A DNA stretch of 64,000 nt from Verrucomicrobiota bacterium (GTDB taxonomy: Bacteria; Verrucomicrobiota; Verrucomicrobiia; Limisphaerales; UBA1412), in NCBI GenBank assembly GCA_023230105.1, contig JALNXY010000003.1, positions 10,998 through 74,997 on the forward strand, given 5' to 3'. Under the pieces are notes generated by a model. The model ran no database searches. It was not told the origin of the DNA and worked only from the letters and a program-made list of their open reading frames with translations. The stretch's first letter is position 1. Every line of letters begins with the position of its first letter. The translations under genes were made by a program, and so were the position numbers. Positions 55,316 to 64,000 of the stretch are shown here, one piece after another.

Positions 55316-57277
55316 CTACTCCCCTTGGATATGAATGGAAAGTTTCGTGGTCAGAGGCCCCGACAAGACAAGCCTCGGGCCGCGCCGGAGAGTCCGAAAA
55401 GAGGGTGAGCAAAGACCATTCAAATCTTCCGGGGCAGAGTGAAAATGTTCGTATTTTTTAGGAATAAACAGATTTACCTCTTTCCAATTTTCTCCGACTG
55501 TAATCAGCAGTACGGCTCCTTCTGTGCGGATTAATTTAAAAGAGCGCTCATTCAGTTTCTCTACCTTACATTCCGGAGCGAACTGCCAGCAGGTCTCCAA
55601 CGATGCTGATTCTTCACCAGCTATCGGCTCAAAAGAATCCTCCACTAGCCAAGCATTTTTTTCAGGTACCATTGTTACCTGCCGTGAAATAGTCCCTGCC
55701 GGTAGTTTCAAGGTCCCCTCCATGCAGAGATCAGTTTTCTTTTGGAAGATCGGCTTTTCGTGGCATTCGCTCCAAAGGAAAGGACCTCTTCTTTCGGGAT
55801 AGGTTGTCTCCCGAAAATGGGGACCATTATGTGCCTGCCAGCTGGTTAAGTACTCTCGAGCTCTCAGATCTCCATAATAAGCTCCTGTTCCCGGATCAAT
55901 GATAAAAGCCATTTCCTTATACCAAAGCGAAAAATGCAGAGCATCCAAATGACCGTGAGCCGCGGTTTCCAAATATCCTAACGGTGACAAGTCCCATCGA
56001 GCCATCCAAATTTTTTGCCAACAAACAGCCATTCCAGTTTCGGGAAAATGAAGCCACCCGTTGCCCATTTCTTCACAAGAGGGTTTCCCCTCGGCAGCGA
56101 TTGGAGGTGGCTCGCCAAGCCAAAATTTGATACAGGTATGATTATCGGGCGATTCCATCCATTTCACCCACTCTTCCGGAATTTCGTTTTCTCGTTCCCA
56201 AAATGGAGTCACATAGGCGTCATCCGAATCTCCATAATCCCATGGCTCCTTACGTGCCTGAACAATCACGAAGTAGTCTGCGGCACGTTGCAATCTTTCA
56301 TAAACCTCGGGGCTGACCGTTCTCCCTGTCTGGGTCAAGGCTAAGTAACTCTGCCAACAGAGTTCGAAGGAAAATAGATGGTAATTCAACGCCTGTTCGC
56401 GATTTCCGCCGTCCGGTGCAAATTGTTTTAACACTTCCGCCTCCCACAAGGATTGAATTTGATCCAAAGGAGCCGCCCACTTCTCCATCTGCGGCCAGCG
56501 TGATAAAGCGCATATTAGCCCTGACAATTCACCCAGCAAATGGTTATTTGCTGAAGATCCAAACGACTTATACCTCCACACAAACCAAACATGAGCCGGA
56601 AGAACCAACTTTCTTAATTTGGCGAGTGAATTTCCCACTTCCTCACTGATATCCCCTAAGCGCTTGTTGGACGCTGTGGCCAGGGTGAGTGCATCTATCC
56701 AGCAATAGTTAATCAAGCGCAATCCACCTTCAAGGGCACTGGTCCAATTATACCCATTCATAGTCGAGTTATTGCGAACCCAGTGGTAAACCTGTCGGAT
56801 GGCAAGCTTCATGGACCAGCGGTCATTCAAGATATAAGCTTCTTGTGCCAATCTGACCAAATGCCCCCAACGGCTCAACTCCCATATCAGTTTGACATCC
56901 GCACCGTTGGGTAATTTGCGATGATTAAGGTGAGTAGAGCTCTTAATAGTTTCGACATCAACACCCGCTAAATAATCTTTTTGCCAGGCGGGATGACGCT
57001 CCACTTTCAACGAAATTTGTTTAAAGACAGTGGTCGACCCGGCCAATATCCGGTCAGAATCAAAGCGCAGAGCACTTTTGAGTTCCTCAGGTGCATCTTC
57101 CCGAGAAGGAATTACAGGGAAAGCCCCTTCGCGAGGCTCCATACTCATTGAATACAACCGAAAGTCTGGCAACGTCCACCAATCCTTCCAACGACGAAAA
57201 AATTGGCGAACCCGCTCTTTGCGCTCCTCCTTACTCATCGCTTTGAAGCGATCTCTATACCACCGAAAATCAGGCAT
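55316..57277 (-). CDS. heparinase II/III-family protein (no signal peptide)
   Basis: SSANNHLLGELSGL (N-terminal alpha/alpha toroid motif), and later HGHLDALHFSLW, typical of the Hepar_II_III domain. Confidence 0.6.
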   Translation of the reverse strand: MPDFRWYRDRFKAMSKEERKERVRQFFRRWKDWWTLPDFRLYSMSMEPREGAFPVIPSREDAPEELKSALRFDSDRILAGSTTVFKQISLKVERHPAWQKDYLAGVDVETIKSSTHLNHRKLPNGADVKLIWELSRWGHLVRLAQEAYILNDRWSMKLAIRQVYHWVRNNSTMNGYNWTSALEGGLRLINYCWIDALTLATASNKRLGDISEEVGNSLAKLRKLVLPAHVWFVWRYKSFGSSANNHLLGELSGLICALSRWPQMEKWAAPLDQIQSLWEAEVLKQFAPDGGNREQALNYHLFSFELCWQSYLALTQTGRTVSPEVYERLQRAADYFVIVQARKEPWDYGDSDDAYVTPFWERENEIPEEWVKWMESPDNHTCIKFWLGEPPPIAAEGKPSCEEMGNGWLHFPETGMAVCWQKIWMARWDLSPLGYLETAAHGHLDALHFSLWYKEMAFIIDPGTGAYYGDLRAREYLTSWQAHNGPHFRETTYPERRGPFLWSECHEKPIFQKKTDLCMEGTLKLPAGTISRQVTMVPEKNAWLVEDSFEPIAGEESASLETCWQFAPECKVEKLNERSFKLIRTEGAVLLITVGENWKEVNLFIPKKYEHFHSAPEDLNGLCSPSFRTLRRGPRLVLSGPLTTKLSIHIQGE

Positions 57278-57362
57278 ATCTCCCGGGAGGATACAACCTT
57301 TCGGCTTTCGGCTCCAGCCGCAAAATAGAGAAGAGAGATTACTATAACGATCCGAACTGTTC

Positions 57363-59069
57363 TTATCTGTTTTTTATTCCCTTCAGACTTTGATAAACGG
57401 CACGGCGAAGGCTCCCTTCTTCATCATCGCAACCGTACTCCCAATACATGCCCCCCAGTAATCCTCGCTTCTTGATGTAATCGCACTTAATAGAAATAGA
57501 GGAAGGATTCTCGTACGTACAAACCAGTTTCCCCTCCTTGTCCGCTAGATAAGGGACCATTGCCTTGGCATCCCAGCTTCGGGTATAAGATTCGTCTAAT
57601 TCCAGTATTTTTCCATATGCGAGATATCCGCCAATTTTATCGGTCCCGCGCCCATAAAATGGCATTCCCATCGTCAGTTTATATGCCGGGATTCCCGCCT
57701 CAATATGCTTATCTATGCCTTCCTGAGCACATATCCACCCGACATGCTCTGAGCGATACAGTGCTGCATGATGTTTAGGGGGATTTCCCATATCGTAGGT
57801 CATAACGTTCACAAAATCTACAATCGGCTCCAACGCCTTGAAATCCACATATCCAGCCCCCGCAGGTGATGCGAATGTGAGAAGTTTGTCCTTCCCTATG
57901 GCTTTCCGGATTTCTTTCATCAGCAGAGTAAAGTTCTCCGTATCATCCGCAGATGCAGAGATATTGCCTGCTTTGCTGGTCGGATATTCCCAGTCCAAGT
58001 CAATGCCATTCAACCCAAAAGTATTAATTATCTCCAGACAATCAGCTGAAAAAGCAATCCGGTTCTCGCCGGACGCAGCCATTTCGCTGAAATTACCACT
58101 CCCCCATCCTCCTATGGAAAGCATTACTTTGAGTGTGGGTTTCTGCTTCTTTAATTCGACTATAGCCCGAAGACGATCGGGATTATCAATTCGCACTCCA
58201 TTAAACGTTTTATTTACATGCCCAAATGCGTAATTGATGTGTGTCACCATGTTTGGATCAGGCATAATACGACTCCAGGAAGTCACATACGCCAAGACGA
58301 TCCCAGAATAGTCACTGGATAGATTCTCTTTGCCGGCAAGCCAAAGAAGCGATCTCCCCAGAATTCTGCGGTAGTTAGGATTTCCCATAGCACCTGCACC
58401 ATGTCCCGGAATCATCGTGACAATACGAGTTCCTTCATATAGATGTGTGTATAGGAGTTTAGGAGAAGAATCCGTGCGCTTGGTCTCGAGTAGGGAATGG
58501 ACTTTATCTGATTGCCAAAGGCCCCCATATACTTCGTCATGAATCACAAAATCTGAAATTTCTTGGGTAATAAAGTGGTTCTTATCTGCAACCTGAACGG
58601 GAATTTCAACATCCTCATGATATGTTGAAGGCTTATATTCTATTCCTTCTATCGTTTCATCCTTGAAGAGATATTTGGAGCCAACCATCTTGCTGAACTC
58701 CGACCATTCGGGATAGGAGCAAATGCCATGATGGAGGAAAAGAATCGGCTTGCCCACTTTCACCAAATCCAAATATTCCTTCTTGAGGTCATCTGTTATT
58801 TCGTTCCAGGTATCATAAAAAACTAAGACATCATAGTTTCGGGAATTTTCAGGTTTGAATAGTTTTTGTGCATCCGGATTTTTGTGCTCTTTCCAGGTAA
58901 TATGTTCCAGACTATCGAACATTTGAGTAAAAGCATCTCTATCGAAAGAATGGCCTTCCGTAATGACAGCTACGCGCACAGGCTCGGGTGCGTGCTGCGC
59001 CAAGGAATCAAAAGACATCATCTTCAGAATGAGAGATAATATGATTATATTAATATAGATGTATTTCAT
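57363..59069 (-). CDS. secreted fusion protein: ThuA-like domain plus GH18 chitinase-like domain
   Basis: Signal peptide. ThuA-like half (VAVITEGHSFDRDAF...YDVLVFYD...PILFLHHG; about 58332-58979). GH18 half with an intact catalytic motif NGIDLDWEYP (Glu codon at complement of 57987-57989), SIGGWG, MTYD, MYWEY. Confidence 0.75.
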   Translation of the reverse strand: MKYIYINIIILSLILKMMSFDSLAQHAPEPVRVAVITEGHSFDRDAFTQMFDSLEHITWKEHKNPDAQKLFKPENSRNYDVLVFYDTWNEITDDLKKEYLDLVKVGKPILFLHHGICSYPEWSEFSKMVGSKYLFKDETIEGIEYKPSTYHEDVEIPVQVADKNHFITQEISDFVIHDEVYGGLWQSDKVHSLLETKRTDSSPKLLYTHLYEGTRIVTMIPGHGAGAMGNPNYRRILGRSLLWLAGKENLSSDYSGIVLAYVTSWSRIMPDPNMVTHINYAFGHVNKTFNGVRIDNPDRLRAIVELKKQKPTLKVMLSIGGWGSGNFSEMAASGENRIAFSADCLEIINTFGLNGIDLDWEYPTSKAGNISASADDTENFTLLMKEIRKAIGKDKLLTFASPAGAGYVDFKALEPIVDFVNVMTYDMGNPPKHHAALYRSEHVGWICAQEGIDKHIEAGIPAYKLTMGMPFYGRGTDKIGGYLAYGKILELDESYTRSWDAKAMVPYLADKEGKLVCTYENPSSISIKCDYIKKRGLLGGMYWEYGCDDEEGSLRRAVYQSLKGIKNR

Positions 59070-59114
59070 AAAATTTAATTATAATATTTAAATGAGCCAG
59101 TCCTTAAAACTCAA

Positions 59115-60017
59115 CTAGCACTTCAATAACTTATTGGTGGTGAAAGGGTTATGATCTAGTTCCTCCTGCAATGTCGTCAAGGGGCCATGCCCCGGGCAAA
59201 GAAGTGTATTAGGAGGAAGGCATAAAATCTGTTTTCTCAGAGTATCTAGGAGCCGTTCTTTGCTGTAAAAGGGGAAACCCAACGATCCTGAAAAAAGACA
59301 ATCCCCTACAATCAAAGCAGAATCTGGATTACCACTAAAACCGCTCACTCTATACACTACGTGATCAGGACTATGCCCGGGGGCAAGGCAAGGCCGAATA
59401 CTAAACGAACCAAATTTTTGGGGCGGTACGGAAGAAAGATTTTTAAAAGAGGAATGATCGAAAAAAGATACTTCAGGAAACAGTCTCTCAAACACGGGCT
59501 TAGCATTGACATGATCTCTGTGGGCATGAGTCAGTAAAATTCGAGAAAGTTTTAGATTATTCTTTTGCAAAAAGTCCAAAGTTTTTGTCGCCTGCCAGCC
59601 CGGATCAAATAGCACCGCTTCTTGATTATCACTACTCCAAAGCAGATAGCTATTCACGAAGTTGAGCTCACTTTCCTTGAGACTAGTTTCTTTTTCACTA
59701 TTCTGTATCCAAACTAGGCCCGGCCAATCTTCAAAATTAACCTGGGCGGGCTGCCACCCTTCGGCTATAGCCTTTAGCCTTTGACCCTGCACTCCGATAA
59801 GGTTCCCCAGCTCAACCCATTTTACACGGACAAACGCTTCACCGGAAAGAGTACCACTTTTTATCCAACCAGCCCATTCAGACTCTTCAAGCCCGGCCGC
59901 GGCGATCATGGCTCTTTTGTCTATATTAAATATAGACTGCATTTTTCTCAGAATATCGCCGATATGATCCTCCAATTGCATAAGCGAAAATGTCTCAGAA
60001 AAATAGAATTCTGTCAA
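59115..60017 (-). CDS. metallo-beta-lactamase-fold hydrolase (glyoxalase II-like) with an N-terminal extension of about 120 aa
   Basis: LLTHAHRDHV (HxHxDH), APGHSPDH, CPGHG. The N-terminal extension has no recognisable family. Confidence 0.7.
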   Translation of the reverse strand: MTEFYFSETFSLMQLEDHIGDILRKMQSIFNIDKRAMIAAAGLEESEWAGWIKSGTLSGEAFVRVKWVELGNLIGVQGQRLKAIAEGWQPAQVNFEDWPGLVWIQNSEKETSLKESELNFVNSYLLWSSDNQEAVLFDPGWQATKTLDFLQKNNLKLSRILLTHAHRDHVNAKPVFERLFPEVSFFDHSSFKNLSSVPPQKFGSFSIRPCLAPGHSPDHVVYRVSGFSGNPDSALIVGDCLFSGSLGFPFYSKERLLDTLRKQILCLPPNTLLCPGHGPLTTLQEELDHNPFTTNKLLKC

Positions 60018-60120
60018 CGAAACACGCTAGCCTCAAATTAGTTCCTATTCGTGTATAACATTTCATTTTCCACTTTCAAACATAGAAGAACGAGCCTAGT
60101 ATAGCGGCGGTCGTTGAGTT

Positions 60121-61146
60121 ATGAAAGCTCTCGTAAAAGTAAAATCTGAAAGAGGCCTCTGGCTACAGGACGTACCGGAGCCCAAGATCAGCATCAATGA
60201 CGTCCTTATTAAAATCCACAAAACCGGCATCTGCGGTACGGACTTGCATATTTACCGCTGGGATGAATGGTCACAAAAAACAGTACCTGTTCCTCTTACG
60301 ATCGGACACGAATTTGTAGGGGAAATTGTTGAAATCGGTTCGAATGTAAAAGATTTTCATGTCGGGGATATTGTCTCCGGAGAGGGACATGTTGTTTGTG
60401 GTCGCTGCCGTAATTGTTTGGCCGGACGCCGCCATCTCTGCCCGGATACAAAAGGAATCGGAGTTAACCGAAACGGCGCTTTTGCAGAGTACCTGTCTCT
60501 GCCTATGACGAATGTTTGGCTGCATCATAAAGGAATAGATGAAGATGTAGCTAGCATCTTTGATCCTTTCGGTAATGCAGTCCATACGGCACTTTCCTTC
60601 CCCGTACTGGGAGAAGATGTGTTAGTCACTGGTGCCGGTCCTATCGGCATTATGGCAGCTGCCGTGGCAAAACATGCAGGCGCTCGATTTGTCGTAATTA
60701 CGGATGTAAACGAACATCGTTTGGAACTCGCCAAAAAACTGGGCGTAGATGTAGCCCTCAATACCCAAAAATCCTCCATCAAAGAACTGCAGAAAAAACT
60801 TGGGATGGCAGAGGGTTTTGACGTGGGACTGGAAATGTCCGGCAATTCTCACGCCTTCCAGGACATGCTTGATAATATGTGCCACGGTGGCAAGATAGCG
60901 ATGCTCGGCATCCCCAGTGGACCAACGCCCATGGACTGGAACAAGGTTATTTTTAACATGCTCACCATCAAAGGTATTTATGGTCGTGAGATGTACGAAA
61001 CCTGGTACAAAATGTCGGTGATGATCCAGAGCGGACTCAACATTGAGCCTATCATCACTCACCGCTTCCACTACACGGAGTTCGAAAAGGGATTTGAAGC
61101 GATGGAAAGCGGCATGTCAGGAAAAGTTGTTCTCTCCTGGGCCTAA
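60121..61146 (+). CDS. tdh: L-threonine 3-dehydrogenase
   Basis: [21 protein letters not shown], structural Zn cysteines [21 protein letters not shown]. Confidence 0.85.
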   Translation: MKALVKVKSERGLWLQDVPEPKISINDVLIKIHKTGICGTDLHIYRWDEWSQKTVPVPLTIGHEFVGEIVEIGSNVKDFHVGDIVSGEGHVVCGRCRNCLAGRRHLCPDTKGIGVNRNGAFAEYLSLPMTNVWLHHKGIDEDVASIFDPFGNAVHTALSFPVLGEDVLVTGAGPIGIMAAAVAKHAGARFVVITDVNEHRLELAKKLGVDVALNTQKSSIKELQKKLGMAEGFDVGLEMSGNSHAFQDMLDNMCHGGKIAMLGIPSGPTPMDWNKVIFNMLTIKGIYGREMYETWYKMSVMIQSGLNIEPIITHRFHYTEFEKGFEAMESGMSGKVVLSWA

Positions 61147-61216
61147 GTGATCCTATCAACGACTATTTTCTATTCAGTATTGGAAAGAGTTTAAGCTTGC
61201 TCACATTTGAAGAGCG

Positions 61217-64000
61217 TTATTTGAAAACAGCTCGATAGTTATAACGATCATTTGGAGCAACATCACCGTTCACAGTGAAATCTTTGGGCTGACCATTTTC
61301 CAGAATGTTGTCAGCCCATTTAAAATCGATTCTTTTCACAGTTTTTCCTTCCGAAGCCAACAAATTTAAGGGGATCCTCAGTTCCATTTGAGTTCCATTT
61401 ATTGCCCTTTGGATTTTTGCTTTAGTTGACCAATGATAGTCCCCTTCCTGACCACCATATTGTTGTAATACAGCAAATCGCCCAGGCTCTTCTTCAGCAC
61501 TACGGATGATAAAATCATACCCGAGCCAGCCATTGTTCGGATTCTCATCGACATCCAGGAAAAGCAACATCCAGTGTTTTTCTGAGGGTCTCCCCATAGG
61601 CTCCAAAGTTCGGACATAAAAAGAAAGATTTTGGTCATCCAAACTGACCTTGGCGCTCATAATATCGTGACGGCCGGTTCGATTCTGGTAGACACCCTCG
61701 CTACCCCACCCCGGGTGATTACGCCGAACCGGATCGCCAATGTCATCACGAAATTCAGGACTTACCGCAGCCCAATCACTAAAGTCACCATCCAGAGCAA
61801 TCGGAGCCGAAACCACTTCCGGCAATTGCCGCACTCCTTTATAGCGTCGAATGTTGGCTATCGTCTGATAATAATAATTATCCTGATGTGGACATTCAGC
61901 GGGTTCTATATCGCGGCTGTATTCGGCATTGAACTGGTCAACAAAGGTTACTTCACCGCTCCCATAAAAGGGTGAATTTTGTTTACTAAAGCGCATCATC
62001 ACCCATTCGTTCCATCCCGTGATAAAAACAAACGGCGGGTTGACGTCCAGCGCTCGATTCCACTGCTCCTGATAATTGCGGCCTAAAGTATCCTGGCCAT
62101 CAGGCGGCGGTTGTTTTCCATCGTGGAAGCTTCTGCCGTGAGACTTGGGGTTGCTCAAGACGCTTAATTTGCCATCTAAAGCATTTTGCGCCACGCCCAC
62201 AGTCATCTGTTCGGGACGGTTCTCAGAGTTGTGGAATATGTGCTGGGGATAAACTTCCAACCACCCCCATTGGTTCGCTGCTGTAGGTCCGGTAAAATAA
62301 CTGGGCTGTGGTTTGCGATAAGTGAAAAAACCGCTTAAATCTTTGTAGCGGTCATCATCATAGACAATAAGCAAACTCCTTGAGCCGGAAACACGCTGTG
62401 CATTCTGCCAGGAAACACCTTGAGGAATGAGATTTTCATCAGTACTCCACCACCCTACTTTTTCTTCAGGTTTTGAAATTTCCAGGTAATACTCTCCCGC
62501 AGGAAGAGGCTCATCCACACTGATTCCCAACCATCCATTATCTGTAATTTTAGCATGGCGTTCTTCGGCTAAAAGTGAACCACCGGGAGCGGCTCCCTGA
62601 TAGAGTTTCATTGTAAGAGCGGAATTTGAGCTTTCCCAGGTAGGGAGACAGGCAGAAACTCGCAGCCAGGGTTTGTCAGCATGAAAACTCTGACCCAAAG
62701 TACCAGTCTTCTCCAAGGGGATCGCCTTATCCTGCTTATTCCAAAGAGTACCTATATTCAAGAAAGCAGGATCGGCCAGAATAAGCGGTTTACCCTCCCA
62801 TTGGTACCACAAATTCGAATATAAGTTTTTGCTGTAAAATTCATTCCATAACTTTTGAACAGTGCTGGATGGATTTCCAAAGGGACAGAGAAACGCAATC
62901 TGTGGTGTACTGCCACCAGCCTCACGAACTCGTGTAAAAGCTCTGCAAAGTGCTAAATATTGTTCCGGATAAGTGACCTGGTTGCTTGTGTCAAAAATGA
63001 TGACATCAACCCCCATATTAGCGAGCATTCGGGCATGTTTTTCAAATACGGCTTCATCAGTCGAAAGATAATAATCAAACCAGGATTTACCCCAATGGTG
63101 GTATTTCATTAAAGGCCCCCATGCGGGATGATTCTGATCATTAATCGCCTCCGGATATTTCTCCAAAATTTTACTTACATCGAAAGGCCCCTCGGTTCCG
63201 TGGGCCCCCATCCAAAGAAAATAAAACATGCCGACAGCCTTTTTTTCTTTAGGGGCGCCTACCTCTCCTGCGGTTGGCAAACTACGGCCCAGACCATCGG
63301 TCGCTACCCAGGTATCGCTGAAATTATCACGGACAGTTACAGGTCTGGGGCCAGTTCCGTTCGGCTTGGGAATCTCTACACCAGGCTGGACCGGTTTACC
63401 AAAGACCGGCAAACCCGCATCATCAAAGCTGAAGGGTTGCGTATGCACACAACGGTCACCCCAGCCGTGTTCTTTTTTCTGTTTGGTATGATATACAATC
63501 CAATCTTCCGTTCCGTCCGGAGATTTCACAAAAGAACAATGCCCCACCCCAAGCACTTTATCCTCACCAGAGAAAACGGGAGCTTCTTTATGCTTTTTCC
63601 AGTTTTCCGGTTTGCACATATCCCCCCCGAGGTATTCCAACATTCCAAGGCAATAGTGTTCAGACCAACTGCCACTAGCTGAATAGATAATAAATATCTT
63701 ATCCTTACGATATAAAATCTGAGGTCCTTCCAGAAGGCCGCGCAAATGATCCGACCGCTGCTCCCAAGCTTGATCAGGTTCACTCAGGAGAGTTCGCTGA
63801 GCCACAATCTTTGTTGGGTTTTCCATGGGTGCGATGTAGAGATTTTGAACTCCATCTACTTTGCCCGGCCATCCGGACCAAAGAAAGTAAGGCGTGTTTT
63901 CAGAATCGACTAACAGGGTCCCATCAATAGCCCATCCGCCTGTTTCCAGATGATGGGGAGTTTGATTATATGGCCCCATGGGGTCGCTACCTTCTGATTC
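61217..64000 (-). CDS. multidomain glycoside hydrolase (GH43-like propeller plus an unknown central domain plus a C-terminal carbohydrate-binding-like domain); the 5' end lies beyond the right edge
   Basis: The frame stays open upstream of the track ATG to nt 64000 (ESEGSDP-MGPY...). GH43-like blades (YFLWSGW, LEGPQILYRKDKIFIIYSAS, GVGHCSFVKSPDG). C-terminal ALDGDFSDW...WMLLFLDVDENPNNGW resembles a CBM9/DOMON-like fold. Confidence 0.65.
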   Translation of the reverse strand, partial: ESEGSDPMGPYNQTPHHLETGGWAIDGTLLVDSENTPYFLWSGWPGKVDGVQNLYIAPMENPTKIVAQRTLLSEPDQAWEQRSDHLRGLLEGPQILYRKDKIFIIYSASGSWSEHYCLGMLEYLGGDMCKPENWKKHKEAPVFSGEDKVLGVGHCSFVKSPDGTEDWIVYHTKQKKEHGWGDRCVHTQPFSFDDAGLPVFGKPVQPGVEIPKPNGTGPRPVTVRDNFSDTWVATDGLGRSLPTAGEVGAPKEKKAVGMFYFLWMGAHGTEGPFDVSKILEKYPEAINDQNHPAWGPLMKYHHWGKSWFDYYLSTDEAVFEKHARMLANMGVDVIIFDTSNQVTYPEQYLALCRAFTRVREAGGSTPQIAFLCPFGNPSSTVQKLWNEFYSKNLYSNLWYQWEGKPLILADPAFLNIGTLWNKQDKAIPLEKTGTLGQSFHADKPWLRVSACLPTWESSNSALTMKLYQGAAPGGSLLAEERHAKITDNGWLGISVDEPLPAGEYYLEISKPEEKVGWWSTDENLIPQGVSWQNAQRVSGSRSLLIVYDDDRYKDLSGFFTYRKPQPSYFTGPTAANQWGWLEVYPQHIFHNSENRPEQMTVGVAQNALDGKLSVLSNPKSHGRSFHDGKQPPPDGQDTLGRNYQEQWNRALDVNPPFVFITGWNEWVMMRFSKQNSPFYGSGEVTFVDQFNAEYSRDIEPAECPHQDNYYYQTIANIRRYKGVRQLPEVVSAPIALDGDFSDWAAVSPEFRDDIGDPVRRNHPGWGSEGVYQNRTGRHDIMSAKVSLDDQNLSFYVRTLEPMGRPSEKHWMLLFLDVDENPNNGWLGYDFIIRSAEEEPGRFAVLQQYGGQEGDYHWSTKAKIQRAINGTQMELRIPLNLLASEGKTVKRIDFKWADNILENGQPKDFTVNGDVAPNDRYNYRAVFK

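Overview
This window looks like ordinary chromosome from a PVC-group (Verrucomicrobiota/Lentisphaerota-like) polysaccharide-degrading bacterium; that assignment is inferred from gene content only. I call about 45 protein genes and two tRNAs (Arg-ACG, Asp-GTC). I see no rRNA, CRISPR array, transposase or integrase. Housekeeping genes: valS (5' part, runs off the left edge), guaB, alaS, two tandem cyclophilins, tsaB-alr, a LysR-type regulator divergent from lysC-lysA, hemB, nfo-folP-cdaA-cdaR, fprA, exbB-exbD-tonB-like and tdh. Carbohydrate and envelope genes: GH51 arabinofuranosidase, a GH43 multidomain protein (runs off the right edge), a ThuA-GH18 fusion, a heparinase II/III-like protein, GT4, a YfhO-like membrane protein and an SGNH esterase. 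The stand-out feature is one 10.85-kb gene (12009-22862) encoding a 3617-aa protein with a Sec signal peptide. Its modules, in order, are nine PPC-like modules (five are near-identical tandem copies of 336-339 bp), FN3, I-set Ig, MBG, an LVIVD beta-propeller, and a complete YD/Rhs shell with Rhs core. Where a compact toxin and immunity gene would normally follow, there is a glycine-zipper segment and roughly 580 aa of beta-sandwich modules. The protein ends in a short C-terminal module (W...RFYRV) that also terminates the S8 protease-LRR protein at 38681-41020. I interpret this as a teneurin-like surface or contact protein carrying a candidate sorting tag. All family calls come from reading motifs by eye; no database search was run.
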